64,000 nucleotides of DNA from Nitrospinota bacterium (lineage in GTDB: Bacteria > UBA8248), in assembly GCA_030754595.1 (NCBI GenBank), contig JASLZZ010000109.1, positions 1 to 64,000 of the forward strand. The letters run 5' to 3'. The translations under genes and the position numbers were made by a program. The stretch's first letter is position 1. The number at the start of each line of letters is the position of its first letter. Of this stretch, positions 33,988-44,478 are shown in pieces. The notes under the pieces are model-generated. The model was not told where the DNA came from, did not search any database, and saw only the letters and a list, made by a program, of their open reading frames with translations.

Positions 33988-34292
33988 CGTGGTCTCCTTT
34001 AAATCTGGTGCGGTTTATCGAACGATGTGCGATTTCCCTCAATCCACCGGGTTTCATTCTTCAGGCTCCGCTCTTCGGTCAGAATGAGCGGCGGCGCTAT
34101 CCCTGGCTTCCGCTCCCGAGCTTGCGGATGAGGGCGAGGAGCGTCTCCTTCTCCTCCGTGGTGAGATTCTCCATCATTTCGGCGTTGATCTCCAAAACGT
34201 CCGCGTAGCTGCTCACCAAACCCGCCTCGCATGCAAACCACCCCCCGGAGGGAGGGAGGTGCGATCAGCGGAAATCAGCGGGGCAGGGGGGA

Positions 34293-35663
34293 TTATCCCT
34301 CGGCCTGGAACTTTTTAAGCCCGGTGTCGATGGCGGAGACGATTGTCGCGCCCTGCTCTTCGGTCAATATGAGCGGCGGGGAAATGGTGAGCGTGTTCGA
34401 GGGCCCGTCGGCGATGCCGGCGTTCTTTCCGATGAGGACCCCCTCCTCCTTGACGTAGGACAGGACCTTCGCCGTCCCCTCGGTCGGAAGCGGGTCGCCG
34501 TTCTCCTCGATGAGTTCGACGCCCCAGATGAGCCCCACCCCCCGGACATCCCCCACACAGGGAATGTCTTTCAGATGGGCCAGCGCCTCGCCCAGGCCTT
34601 TTCCGACATCCCGCGCGTTTTGCGTCAGATTCTCCTCCAGCAGAATTTCGAGATTTTTGTTCGCAGCGGCGCACGATGCCGGGTGGCCTCCGTAGGTGTT
34701 GATTTGCTGGAAGCCCGCCTCGCCCTCGGCGTTGAGCACCTGGAACACTTCGTCCGTCACCGCCGTCGCGCCGATGGGCAGGTATCCGCTACTGAGCCCC
34801 TTGGCCATCGTCATCACGTCGGGCTTCACGCCGTAAAGGTCCGAGGCGAAGAGCTCGCCCGTGCGGCCAAAGCCGGTGATCACTTCGTCGATGATCATGA
34901 GCACCCCGTAGCGGGTGCAGACTTCCCGCATTTTCTTCAGATAGTCCGCCGGGGGGGGGATCACACCCCCGCCGCCGATAATCGGCTCGGCGATGAAGGC
35001 GGCGACGGTATCGGCGCCCTGGTAGCGGATCACGGCGTCGAGATCTTCGGCCAGCCGCTCGGCGAGGTCGAACTCGCTCGAACATCCGCTGCGGTAGAAA
35101 TAGGGCGCCTGGAGGTGGACTACGCCCGGAAGGAGGGGCTCGAAGGGCGCGCGGCGGGCGGTCTGGCCGGTCAGGCTGGCGCCGCCGATGGTGCCGCCGT
35201 GATAGCCCTGATACCGGGCGATGATCTTGTAGCGCCCGCCCTGTGTCCGGCCCCAGGCCCGGGCGATTTTGATGGCGGTGTCCACGGCCTCGGAGCCCGA
35301 GTTCACGAACCAGATGCGATCGAGGTCGCCGGGCAGAATGTCTCCGAGCTGGTCGGCGAGCCGAGCCGCCGGGAGGTTGATCTGGCTTAGCGGGTAGTAG
35401 GGAAGTTCGAGTAGCTGACGATAGACCGCCTCGGCGACTTCCTTGCGCCCGTAGCCGATGTTGACGCACCAAAGGCCCGCCATCGCGTCGAGGTATTCCC
35501 GGCCCTCGCCGTCGGTGACGGTGCAGCCGTCGGCCTTGACGATGACGCCGAGCGGGTTCTCGTCGAGCGTGTTGTGATTGAGAAACGGGTGCCAGACGTG
35601 GTCCTTGTCGAGGTCGCGGATTTTCTGAATGTCCTCGCCCACTGCCGCGATTTCCGAATTCAT
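34293..35663 (-). CDS. Class III PLP-dependent aminotransferase
   Basis: DAMAGLWCVNIGYG, SGSEAVD, DEVITGFGRTG, MAKGLSSGY. Confidence 0.93.
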   Translation of the reverse strand: MNSEIAAVGEDIQKIRDLDKDHVWHPFLNHNTLDENPLGVIVKADGCTVTDGEGREYLDAMAGLWCVNIGYGRKEVAEAVYRQLLELPYYPLSQINLPAARLADQLGDILPGDLDRIWFVNSGSEAVDTAIKIARAWGRTQGGRYKIIARYQGYHGGTIGGASLTGQTARRAPFEPLLPGVVHLQAPYFYRSGCSSEFDLAERLAEDLDAVIRYQGADTVAAFIAEPIIGGGGVIPPPADYLKKMREVCTRYGVLMIIDEVITGFGRTGELFASDLYGVKPDVMTMAKGLSSGYLPIGATAVTDEVFQVLNAEGEAGFQQINTYGGHPASCAAANKNLEILLEENLTQNARDVGKGLGEALAHLKDIPCVGDVRGVGLIWGVELIEENGDPLPTEGTAKVLSYVKEEGVLIGKNAGIADGPSNTLTISPPLILTEEQGATIVSAIDTGLKKFQAEG

Positions 35664-35712
35664 GGTTTTCTCTCCTTGAAGCACCGGGGCTGTTCCCTCG
35701 AAACCGCTTCGC

Positions 35713-36708
35713 TTACAAAATAGTATATTTCAGCCTTTCCGCCTTAATCTCGTATCTCTGGCGACCGATCTTCGAAATCTCGCCCTCTATGATATCACCC
35801 GGCTTCAGGAATTTCCCCCACGAGGCGGCGTTGCCGGCGGGCGAGCCCGTCGCGATGATGTCTCCGGGGCGAAGCGTCGCGATGGTCGAGAGGTAGGCGA
35901 CCTGCTCGTCCACCTTCCAGATCATATCACCCGTCGAGGCATTCTGGCGAAGCTCGCCGTTCACCCACAACCGGAGCCGGAGCTTGTGGGGGTCCGTTTT
36001 TTCATCGTTCAAAAGAATATAGGGCCCTGTCGGGGCGAAACCATCGGGCCCCTTCATCGCGTACCAGTCGATGAAGCGTTTATTGTCGCCCACACTCAGA
36101 TTTCCGCGATCGCTCATATCGTTGATGAGCGTGTATCCGCCGACGTGATCCATCGCCTTCCCGGCCGGGATGTTCCGCCCGCCGCGACCGATGACGATAC
36201 CGAGCTCGAGCTCGTAGTCGAGTCTTTTCACCGAGCGGGAAACGACCACCGGATCGTAGGGGCCGTTGATGCAGGTGGCGGGCTTGATGAAACAATAAAG
36301 GGGGAGCTCCTCCTTGAAATCGTTGATCTTCGTCCTGGCCATCTCGGCGGCATGGGCGACATAGTTCCGCGCCATGCAAAAAAGCGTCACCTCCGACACC
36401 GGCGGGAGAATCTCGACGCTCTCCGGGTCGTGAACAACGGGAAGGCCGTCGAAGGCGAGCGGTTGTTTTTTTCGCTTGAGCGCGCGGAGGGCCTTGATGG
36501 CGCTATCGGCGATCAGGCGGGTGGTCTCGGAATCCTCGAGGAGTTCCTCGCAGGTGGGCGCGACGATCTCCTCGGCGGCCTCGGTGGCCTCGGCCGGATC
36601 GGCGTCCCTGAGCGAGAGAGCGAAAGCAAGGGTCAGGTCGGCGATCCGTTCGCCGAACAGGATCCCGACGCGGGGGTCGCCCCCCAGGCTGAAAGTGCAA
36701 ATGCGCAT
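35713..36708 (-). CDS. Fumarylacetoacetate hydrolase family protein
   Basis: NYVAHAAE, DYELELG, NDMSDR, PGDIIATGSP. Confidence 0.92.
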   Translation of the reverse strand: MRICTFSLGGDPRVGILFGERIADLTLAFALSLRDADPAEATEAAEEIVAPTCEELLEDSETTRLIADSAIKALRALKRKKQPLAFDGLPVVHDPESVEILPPVSEVTLFCMARNYVAHAAEMARTKINDFKEELPLYCFIKPATCINGPYDPVVVSRSVKRLDYELELGIVIGRGGRNIPAGKAMDHVGGYTLINDMSDRGNLSVGDNKRFIDWYAMKGPDGFAPTGPYILLNDEKTDPHKLRLRLWVNGELRQNASTGDMIWKVDEQVAYLSTIATLRPGDIIATGSPAGNAASWGKFLKPGDIIEGEISKIGRQRYEIKAERLKYTIL

Positions 36709-36910
36709 GAACCGAATCTCCCAGGTAACTGTCCTATCGGAAACTTCCTTTGCCGGTGGAACGGGGCATCATACCACCACAGGCGCGGCCCTCGTCGTCG
36801 CCGGGCTGATCGTGCTCGCCCTCTCGAAATAACCCTCTCGAATTAACCCCCTTAAATGAAATCAGTCCCCATTTGGCATCATAAGATCCTAAATCAGGAT
36901 TAGAAAAAAT

Positions 36911-38143
36911 CTAAATTACACCTTTCTTGTTCAGCCTATCGATCTCTTCCGACCCCAGCCCGAGCACGTTGCCGTAGATTTCATCGTTGTGCTCGCCGAT
37001 GAGCGGGGCGGGATGCTCGTAGCCGCCGGGTGATTTTTCCAGCTTGAACGGGAAGCCCTGGGCATGAACACCCGGAACCGCGCCGAGGCGGGGATGCGGA
37101 AGCTCGCCGATCATCCCCCGCTCGCGGAGGTGGGGCCAGGCGAGAATGTCCCGAATGTTGCGGACCGGCCCGCAAATCACCCCGCCCTCCCGCAGACGGC
37201 GGACGGCCTCCCCGGTATCGCGCTCCTTTGTCCAGGCCACGATGATTTCATCGATCTCCTCGTTGTTCTCGAGGCGTCCGGTCATGTCGGCGTAGCGCTC
37301 ATCGTCGATCAGATCATCGCGTCCGATGGCCCTGAGAAGATCGCGCCAGTGGATGTCGGTGCCCGTACAGATGACGAGCCAACCGTCATTCGCCGGGTAG
37401 GAGTTGAACGGGGAGAGCCGCATGATGCGGTTGCCCATCCGCTCGGGGAGGCCGAGTTCTTCGTAGCAGTCCATCGGCTCATCGAAAATCAGGGAGAACA
37501 TACAGTCCGCCATCGAAATATCGACGAACTGGCCCTCTCCCGTGCGCTCGCGGTGAAAGAGCGCCGTCATGATGCCGCCGAAGGCGAAAGTGCCACTTAG
37601 GCTGTCGGCCAGCGCCGAGCCCGCCTTGGTAGGCGGTCCGTCCGGAAATCCGGTCAGGTCCATCAGTCCGGACGCTGCCTGGATTACCGCATCGTAGCCC
37701 TTGAGGCCCGCGTCCGGTCCGGTGGCGCCGTATCCCGAGATAGTGCAGTAGATGAGCCTGGGCCGGCGCTCTTTCAGGGAGGGATAGTCGATGCCGAGGC
37801 GTTTCGTCACACCCGGCCCGAAGTTTTCGACGAGGATGTCGGACTCGTCCACAAGGCGGAGGAAAATCTCGCGCCCGCGCGGTTCCTTGATGTTCAGGGT
37901 GACGGACTTTTTGTTTCGTGCGCGCTTGAGGTAGGCGATACTGATGTCGTCTTCAGTCTGCTTTTGAAACGAGATTCCCTTGGAGCCGACGAAGGGCGGG
38001 CTGTCGGCGACCGGGTCCTTCGCTCCCGGATTGTTGATGCGGATCACCTCGGCCCCCAGGCCGGCGAGAAACAGCGTCGCCTGCGGGCCGGCGAGATATT
38101 GCGTCAGGTCGAGAACCCGGATGCCTTCAAGTGGTTTTGACAT
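36911..38143 (-). CDS. CaiB/BaiF family III CoA-transferase
   Basis: LEGIRVLDLT, RNKKSVTLN, ENFGPG, GYDAVIQAASG. Confidence 0.93.
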   Translation of the reverse strand: MSKPLEGIRVLDLTQYLAGPQATLFLAGLGAEVIRINNPGAKDPVADSPPFVGSKGISFQKQTEDDISIAYLKRARNKKSVTLNIKEPRGREIFLRLVDESDILVENFGPGVTKRLGIDYPSLKERRPRLIYCTISGYGATGPDAGLKGYDAVIQAASGLMDLTGFPDGPPTKAGSALADSLSGTFAFGGIMTALFHRERTGEGQFVDISMADCMFSLIFDEPMDCYEELGLPERMGNRIMRLSPFNSYPANDGWLVICTGTDIHWRDLLRAIGRDDLIDDERYADMTGRLENNEEIDEIIVAWTKERDTGEAVRRLREGGVICGPVRNIRDILAWPHLRERGMIGELPHPRLGAVPGVHAQGFPFKLEKSPGGYEHPAPLIGEHNDEIYGNVLGLGSEEIDRLNKKGVI

Positions 38144-38366
38144 GAGGCCATTCTACCGGCCGGCGGGATATTTTTCACCTGGCGGCGCCATCCAAACCTC
38201 GGCTCCACTACCGGCTCCGCTATCGCCCTTCGAACCATTCCCGCAGGGTCCGCCCATCGGCCAGCCTTTCCCGCCCGATTGGCGCTCCGGCCAGTTTTTC
38301 CATCTGAGACCGCCCATCGACCACCCTTTTCTTTTTCCGGCCCGGCGCTTTGGCCATTTTTTTCAT

Positions 38367-38873
38367 TCAGGCCGGCGGTCCGGCCAATCTTTTCCGCCGG
38401 CTTGGGGCTTTGGCCAGTCTTTTCCGCATGGCGGCGGCTCTTGCCAGGACGGAGGAGGCGTTCTTTCCGTTCGCTCCATGAACATAAGCCAATCGGCTCA
38501 GGGTTTTTGCGATATGGGAATGATCCGGCCCTAGATTTTTTTCATATATGGCCAACGCCGTCTTCAATACACGCTCCGCCTTATGGAATTTATTCTTGCG
38601 AAAATACACAGGGGCCATCTCAAAGAGCGCATGGCCGACTTCCGTATGCCCGGCTCCAAGGACTGTCGTGCGGATTTTCAGGCTCCGCTTATATAGCGCT
38701 TCGGCTTTATCGAACTTACGCTGATGCCGCAAGGAAGTTACCCGGGCGCTGAGTTTTTTCGCCTCCGCGAGCGTTTCTCCGGCCTGGGCAGGTGCAACCG
38801 TCCCGGAGATAGAAAAACCCGAAATAACGGCGGCAAGAACAAAAAGGGCGAAAATCTTCGATGCTGTCCGCAT
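38367..38873 (-). CDS. Secreted tetratricopeptide-repeat protein
   Basis: Signal peptide; AEALYKRSLKI, YEKNLGPDH repeats. Confidence 0.82.
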   Translation of the reverse strand: MRTASKIFALFVLAAVISGFSISGTVAPAQAGETLAEAKKLSARVTSLRHQRKFDKAEALYKRSLKIRTTVLGAGHTEVGHALFEMAPVYFRKNKFHKAERVLKTALAIYEKNLGPDHSHIAKTLSRLAYVHGANGKNASSVLARAAAMRKRLAKAPSRRKRLAGPPA

Positions 38874-39109
38874 AGTTACTCCTCTGTGAGCTCAAAATTG
38901 AATCGCAAACGCGCTTTCCCGGCCGCGCAACAAGTTACAGCCGGAAGAATGTGATTACCGACAAACGAAACGCCCCCACTGTGAACCGAATCGCAGTTCA
39001 AGATCAACAATAATTTAATCTACGGAATTACCGCAGGAATTATCATTCTCCGTTGCGTCTCTATAAATGAAAAATCCACCAAAAAATTTCATTTCCGGCG
39101 GTCCGGAAA

Positions 39110-39742
39110 CTACCCCTTCTTGGCCGCTTTATTTTTCTTGGAGCGCTTGGCCAGCCTGGTCCGCATCGCCCGGGCCTCCTTGAGGAGCGGGGCGGCCTCC
39201 TCCCACAAACCGATCAACTCATAGACGCTGGCCTGGCGTTTCAGGGTGTCGGCGATGAAGGCATGGTCCAGGCCCAGATTCTTCTCGTAGATAGCGCGCG
39301 CCCGTTTAAGAAGCTTGGTCGCTTTGGCGAACTGCCCCAGGTTCCAGAAGGAGGGCGCCATTTTGTATAGTGTGTGGGCGACTTCGATATGGCCGGGGCC
39401 GGCTGTCCTCTCGAGGGTCGACAGCCTCTTCCAGAAAAGGGCGCCGGCCTTCTCGAATCGGCGCGTCGCCTGGTAGATGGTGGCCAGAGCGTCCTGGCTT
39501 TCGAGCACCTGAGCATGATCGGGCTTGAGGGATTTTTCGCGGTAGGCCAGGGCCTTCCTCGCCAGCGGGAGCGCTTTTGTGTACCTCCTCGAACGAATGA
39601 GTTCTTTCACCTGCTTATTGAGTTTGTTTGCCTTTGAGAGGGGGCCGTTGATGACAAGCTTCTCGCCCTCCCCGCAGGAGGAAAGAACCGGCAAGGCCGC
39701 GGACAATAAAAAAATCGCGAGTTTCCTTGATGTAAACCGCAT
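39110..39742 (-). CDS. Tetratricopeptide-repeat lipoprotein, paralog of the neighbour
   Basis: Lipobox LSSC; ALPLARKAL, YEKNLGLDH repeats. Confidence 0.85.
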   Translation of the reverse strand: MRFTSRKLAIFLLSAALPVLSSCGEGEKLVINGPLSKANKLNKQVKELIRSRRYTKALPLARKALAYREKSLKPDHAQVLESQDALATIYQATRRFEKAGALFWKRLSTLERTAGPGHIEVAHTLYKMAPSFWNLGQFAKATKLLKRARAIYEKNLGLDHAFIADTLKRQASVYELIGLWEEAAPLLKEARAMRTRLAKRSKKNKAAKKG

Positions 39743-40000
39743 CGCTCAAGCCCCTGAAATTGGCAGAAAGCTTCCGGTGTGGGCGGCAACCGATGCCCAC
39801 CCCTCCCAAATTTATTCAAATCCAGGGGCGCATGCGTTATGGATTTGTAAGGGACTTGTAAAATATCAATTAAATTGAAGCCGGACGGGCCGTTGAGGCG
39901 AAATTTATCTTTTATAATCTTCAAGGATTTTAGAATTTTAAGTACGCCGAATAACGGGTGACGGCCTCTGACACGGCCCGGCTCGGAGCCCAACTCGGGG

Positions 40001-40552
40001 CTACGGTTTTCCCGTCAGGTTTCGCTTCACCTGGGGCGCAGCGGCGGCGGCGCGGACCGCGATCTCATCGTCCGAGATGGTGCTCAAAGGGTGCTCGATT
40101 ACAACCGGATCGATGTCCTCCATCCCGAGCGCGGCGCGCTGGACATGGGCCTCGTGCAGAAAGGTCTCGGTGACGATCACCGCTGTAGGGACGCCGAGTT
40201 GTTCGAGGTATACGCCGTCGTGCATACAGCACGATGTGCACGAGCCTCAATCGCCGATGGCGGTGACGACGACATCGCTCTCGGCGGCGATTCGGCCGAT
40301 TAACTCGGGCGCGGCGTTTTTCGAAAAACTCTCCTTTTTATAGAACGTCACCTCGCCCATCTCCTCCTCGGCCGCGAGAAGAGAGAGCGTCTTTTCTAGA
40401 AACCGCCTGCCGTTCCACTTTGTGTTGTCGAGGACGCCTACCCTGAGCCCTTCGAGAGAACCCGCCCTGGCAGCGATGGGACGCGCCTCGGCCTCGACCG
40501 CGCCGCGCGGGTCGTAGACTCTTTGTCCCGGGGTGTTCATCAAAGTGTTCAT
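40001..40552 (-). CDS. UGSC family selenoprotein, 183 aa
   Basis: AIGD-TGA(40247-40249)-GSCTSCCMHD joins ORFs 40247-40552 and 40001-40225 in frame; AAGGAGG RBS; hairpin TCGTGC-TGTAT-GCACGA 12 nt downstream. Confidence 0.92.
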
Positions 40553-40577
40553 CGGAATTCCTCCTTATTAACAACGC

Positions 40578-41678
40578 CTAAAGCATGCAGGTGCCGTCCA
40601 CGCAGACCGGCCCCGAGGCCGGCTCGCTGTCGTCGATCGCCCGCAGCACCGGGTTCGTCATGTGCCCCCATCCGGGGATGAAAGCCGAGAACCGGCCCGC
40701 CTCCCCGCCCAGGACGAAAAGATGAATATTCTCGGGACCCGGCACGATGGGAATCCGCGCCTCCGGCTCGCGCCCGTACCAGCGCGGCAGGTTGCGGTTG
40801 TAAATTTTTCCGTAGCGATGAGAGAAGCTGACGTCGGCGAAAGTGTTCTTGGTGTTCATCCACAGGAAACTCCGCACGTCGTGGCGCGTCCATCCCTTCG
40901 AGGCGATGGTGGCCGCGTGCTCGGGGCCGATCACCACGGCGCACGAGCCGCTGCTGACGGCGTTGTTGTGGGCGATGGTGCTCATCGCCGAGCAGACGCT
41001 CTCCAGTATCCCCTCGGGATCGTCCGAAATGTGGTTGGTGACGCTGTGAGGCGCCTCGGCGGCGATGGCGAACACCGTGCTGACCTCGGGGGCGAAGCCC
41101 TTTTCGACGTGGTAGGGCGCCCAGGGACTTATCTCCTCGTTCTCGGCGACGCAGTAGGTGTACTTCCCCGGATGGCCGAGCGTGCTTTTATCGAGTTCGC
41201 CGGGCCAGGCGCCGCCGGCGTTCAGGAGAACCAGCCGCACCGCCCGGCCAATCGTCGCGTTGGCCCGGTTTCCCGATCCGAAGGCGTTGCACCCGGCGTT
41301 CATCCCGATCTCGTTTCGAACCGGGCCGTTCATAATGATCAGCGGCGAGGCCATGTGGGTGGTCGCCTGTACGCCGTTCAGGTTGAAATGGGGATCGCAC
41401 AACGCCCGTATCGCCGCGCGGACGACAGGGGCGTACTCGGGCAGACAGCCCGCCATCACCGCGTTGACGGCCAGTGTCTCCCGCGTCAGGCTCCCCCACC
41501 GGGGCGGCACCCGGCACTCGAGCGTGTCCGCCCCCCCGCCCAGCGCCTCCAGCATCGCCGCCACTTTTTCGGGCGTCGGCGGCGCGACGGGCAGCCCGTC
41601 CGAAAATCCCCGTTCGTAGTAGTGCTCGATCAGATCTACATCGGGGCCGACGGTTTCGCCGGCAGCCGTTTCGGGCAT
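40578..41678 (-). CDS. Conserved hypothetical protein of the type found next to UGSC proteins
   Basis: SDGLPVAPPT, AVNAVMAGC, NRANATIGRA, AENEE; C-terminal CVDGTC. Confidence 0.75.
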   Translation of the reverse strand: MPETAAGETVGPDVDLIEHYYERGFSDGLPVAPPTPEKVAAMLEALGGGADTLECRVPPRWGSLTRETLAVNAVMAGCLPEYAPVVRAAIRALCDPHFNLNGVQATTHMASPLIIMNGPVRNEIGMNAGCNAFGSGNRANATIGRAVRLVLLNAGGAWPGELDKSTLGHPGKYTYCVAENEEISPWAPYHVEKGFAPEVSTVFAIAAEAPHSVTNHISDDPEGILESVCSAMSTIAHNNAVSSGSCAVVIGPEHAATIASKGWTRHDVRSFLWMNTKNTFADVSFSHRYGKIYNRNLPRWYGREPEARIPIVPGPENIHLFVLGGEAGRFSAFIPGWGHMTNPVLRAIDDSEPASGPVCVDGTCML

Positions 41679-41741
41679 GAGTCTCTCCTTAAATCAGTTT
41701 TCGAATTTTCAGACGTCCATAAAAAGATAACTCTCCGGCTT

Positions 41742-42191
41742 TCAGCCACCCTGGCGCCCCAGCTTTCGGCAGAGGCGGCGAAGCTCGTCCTGCTCGGCGG
41801 CTGTCAGCGCGGCCATTTCGTCGCGGATAGCGGCGACGCGCCGGGGAAGCAACTCCCGGATCGTATTCTTTCCCTTGGCGGTGAGGCGGACGGCCACCCG
41901 TCGGCGGTCGCCCGGGTCGCGCTCGCGCCGGACCATACCGCCGCGCTCGAGATTGTCCACCACCATGGTGACGTTCCCGCTCGTCCTGAATATCTTCTCG
42001 CCCAACTCGCGCTGTGAGAGCGGCCCCAGATGAAAAATCGCGTCGAGGACGCTGAATTGGCTCTGAGTGATCGCGAGGCCCGCGAACTGCCCGTTCAGCC
42101 GGCCCATCACCGACTCCCCGGCGCGGACGAGATTGATGATCGCGCTCAGCGCCCGCGCCTCGGACTTTGGACCACGGTAGCGGCTGCCCAT
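41742..42191 (-). CDS. MarR family transcriptional regulator (MhqR-like)
   Basis: SQFSVLDAIFHLGPLSQRELGEKI, GNVTMVVDNLE, DRR...LT. Confidence 0.92.
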   Translation of the reverse strand: MGSRYRGPKSEARALSAIINLVRAGESVMGRLNGQFAGLAITQSQFSVLDAIFHLGPLSQRELGEKIFRTSGNVTMVVDNLERGGMVRRERDPGDRRRVAVRLTAKGKNTIRELLPRRVAAIRDEMAALTAAEQDELRRLCRKLGRQGG

Positions 42192-42268
42192 CCGGCCTCC
42201 TTCAGGTTTTAACTCTAAATTATCAACTTCTTTTCAGGACGAAACCCAAGCCTTGCTATCCATTTTAC

Positions 42269-42321
42269 CTTAACATCAAACTATTTAATGTTAAGTTAAT
42301 AGAGAAAACACCGGGCGTCAA
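42269..42321 (-). promoter_or_regulatory. Sigma70-type promoter with overlapping palindromic operator
   Basis: TTGACG(42321-42316)-17 nt-TAACTT(42298-42293); inverted repeat CTTAACAT-N11-ATGTTAAG at 42269-42295. Confidence 0.65.
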
Positions 42322-42416
42322 GGGGGATTTTCCGGAAATATCCGGGGCCTGTAATCGAATGCCTGGAAAAGGAGTCAGAGGGCCGTAAGAAGACGTCAGA
42401 GGGCTGGGAGTAGGTA

Positions 42417-43557
42417 TCAGGAAACTGGAGGCTTCGGACCCGGGCCTTCCGCATCCGGGCCTTTCACCCCCTCATACGTGGCGCGGGCGAGGTCGGCGCC
42501 GGTCAGGTCGGCGCCGGTGAAGTCCGCGCCGTCGAGATGCGCCCCTTGAAGGTTGCACCGGGTGAGGCGGGCATTGACAAGGCTGGCGCCCTGGAGCTTT
42601 GCGGCGCGGAGCATCGCCCCCTCCAGGTTCGCTCCGTCGAGAATGGCGTTCCGGAGGTCGGCCCCGAGCAGCCACCCCCCGGCGAGGTTCGCGCCGCCGA
42701 GGTCCACCCCGGCCAGCTCGCCTCCCTGAAAGTCTGTTTTTTCAAGGTTCGCCCTCGAGAGATCCGCGCCGGGGAGCGCCGCCCTTCTTAAATAGGCTCC
42801 GGCGAGGTCCGCCCCTTCGAGGTCGTGGCCGCCGAGTTCTGCGCGGCGGCCACGCTTCGTCCCGCTCTCGATCCATTCATGGTGGGCTCGGACGATTTCC
42901 TCAAGTTCACCTGCGGAGAGCCTGGGGGGCCGGGCGGCGGGCGCCGCGACGGCGGCCTGCGCCGGGGTGAGGCGGGACCGATCGATGGTGGCCCCGGCGA
43001 TCTCGGCCTCCTCTAAAGTGACGCCGGTCAGGCCGGCCCCGGTCAGATCGGCCCGCTGAAGCTTGGTTCCGCGCAGGTCCGCGCCCGTCAGGTCCGCGCC
43101 GATCAAACCGGCCCCCTGGAGATCGCTCAGGAAAAAACTCGCGCCCGGCGCGCTGACCGAGCGCAGGTTCGCCCCGCTCAGGTTCGACTGGAACAAATCG
43201 GCATCCCCGAGTTTCGCCCCTTCGAGATTCGCCCCGCTCAGGTTCGCCCACTGGACGTTGGCGTTCCGGAGGTCGGCGCCGGAGAGGTCGGCCCGCTCGA
43301 GCCGAGCCATGAAAAGGTTGGAGAACCGAAGCGCCTCGCCCCTCAAATCCGCGCGCGCGCCGCTTGCCCCGCCCGAGTCGAGCCACCGGGCATGGGCCTC
43401 GATCCGCCTGGCGAGCTCACTCTCGGGAAGCGCGCCCACTCCCGCCGGGACCATGAGCAGTCCGGGCGGATGGGCCGCCTTGGAGGCGGGGCTCGCCTTA
43501 TGAGCGAGACATCCACGAGATATTCTTGAAAACAGCCAGTTCAGGATTCGGCACATG
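42417..43557 (-). CDS. Pentapeptide repeat protein, two modules; start uncertain
   Basis: A(D/N)LxG repeats, each block preceded by an H..W..SG..G.RA.L cap. Confidence 0.85.
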
Positions 43558-43617
43558 TCGAGAGCGCCTCCCCTGGAAGGGTTAAAGACGGAGACCGGCG
43601 CCCGCCCGGCGGATATC

Positions 43618-44424
43618 CTATCCCGTCCGAGCGGCCTCTCGGAGAAAATCGAGGCAGAGGCGGGCAAAGACCTCGGGCGCCTCGATGAGGGCGACGTGGC
43701 CGGTGCCCTCGAGAACGACCTTTCGCGAGCCCTCGATTCGGGAATGAATCTCCTCGGCATGATGGGGCTCGACGATGAGGTCGTGGCTCGAAGCGGTCAC
43801 CAGGGTGGGCACCCGGATCCGGTGCAGGCGATCGAGCGTGTCTCCGTGGAGGGTGGCTTCGAGCTGACCGATCCAGCCCTCCCGGGGGCCGGAGTTTTCG
43901 GCCAGCCACTTTGCCTTCGCTTTCATCTCTCCTGCGTTCGCGTCGTAGTAGCTGTGCGAATAAAGGCCGAGCAGGCTAAACTCGGCGAGCGTTTCCATGT
44001 CGCCGTGCTCGGCGATGCGCTTCCGGGTCGCCTGAAAATCGCCGAGGCGGGCGCAGTTGCGCGCCCAAGTGTGATGAAGCCCGAGGCTGAGGACGCGCCC
44101 GGGGTGGCGGAGGCAGAGCTCCTGGGAAATGTGGCCGCCCATCGAAAAACCCATGACGTGGGCCGCTTCGGTACCCGCCGCGTCCAGGACGGCGGCCGCG
44201 TCGTCGGCCATGTCGGCGAGTCGGTAGCCGGGCGGGGGGACGCTGCTCGCGCCCACTCCCCGGTTGTCGAAAACGATGCAGCGAAATTCACTCTCGAAAA
44301 GAAGAAGCTGCCCGGACCAGAAGGTGTGGTCGTGTCCCGTTCCGCTGACCAGTAGAAGGGGGGGGCCATCTCCCGAGGTTTTATAGCGAAGTTCGACGCC
44401 GCCCAGCGCGGAGGCTACCGGCAT
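43618..44424 (-). CDS. Alpha/beta hydrolase
   Basis: FDNRGVG, GFSMGG, GTGH. Confidence 0.9.
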   Translation of the reverse strand: MPVASALGGVELRYKTSGDGPPLLLVSGTGHDHTFWSGQLLLFESEFRCIVFDNRGVGASSVPPPGYRLADMADDAAAVLDAAGTEAAHVMGFSMGGHISQELCLRHPGRVLSLGLHHTWARNCARLGDFQATRKRIAEHGDMETLAEFSLLGLYSHSYYDANAGEMKAKAKWLAENSGPREGWIGQLEATLHGDTLDRLHRIRVPTLVTASSHDLIVEPHHAEEIHSRIEGSRKVVLEGTGHVALIEAPEVFARLCLDFLREAARTG

Positions 44425-44478
44425 GTCGATTATCCCCCCTGCCAGTAGACGATTGGATCGAAACCGGAAAAAGCGGCG

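Noticed and set aside
36730..36832. Short hydrophobic stretch GAALVVAGLIVLALSK* resembling the end of a DMT transporter
   Set aside because: No start or upstream homology visible; too short to support a call
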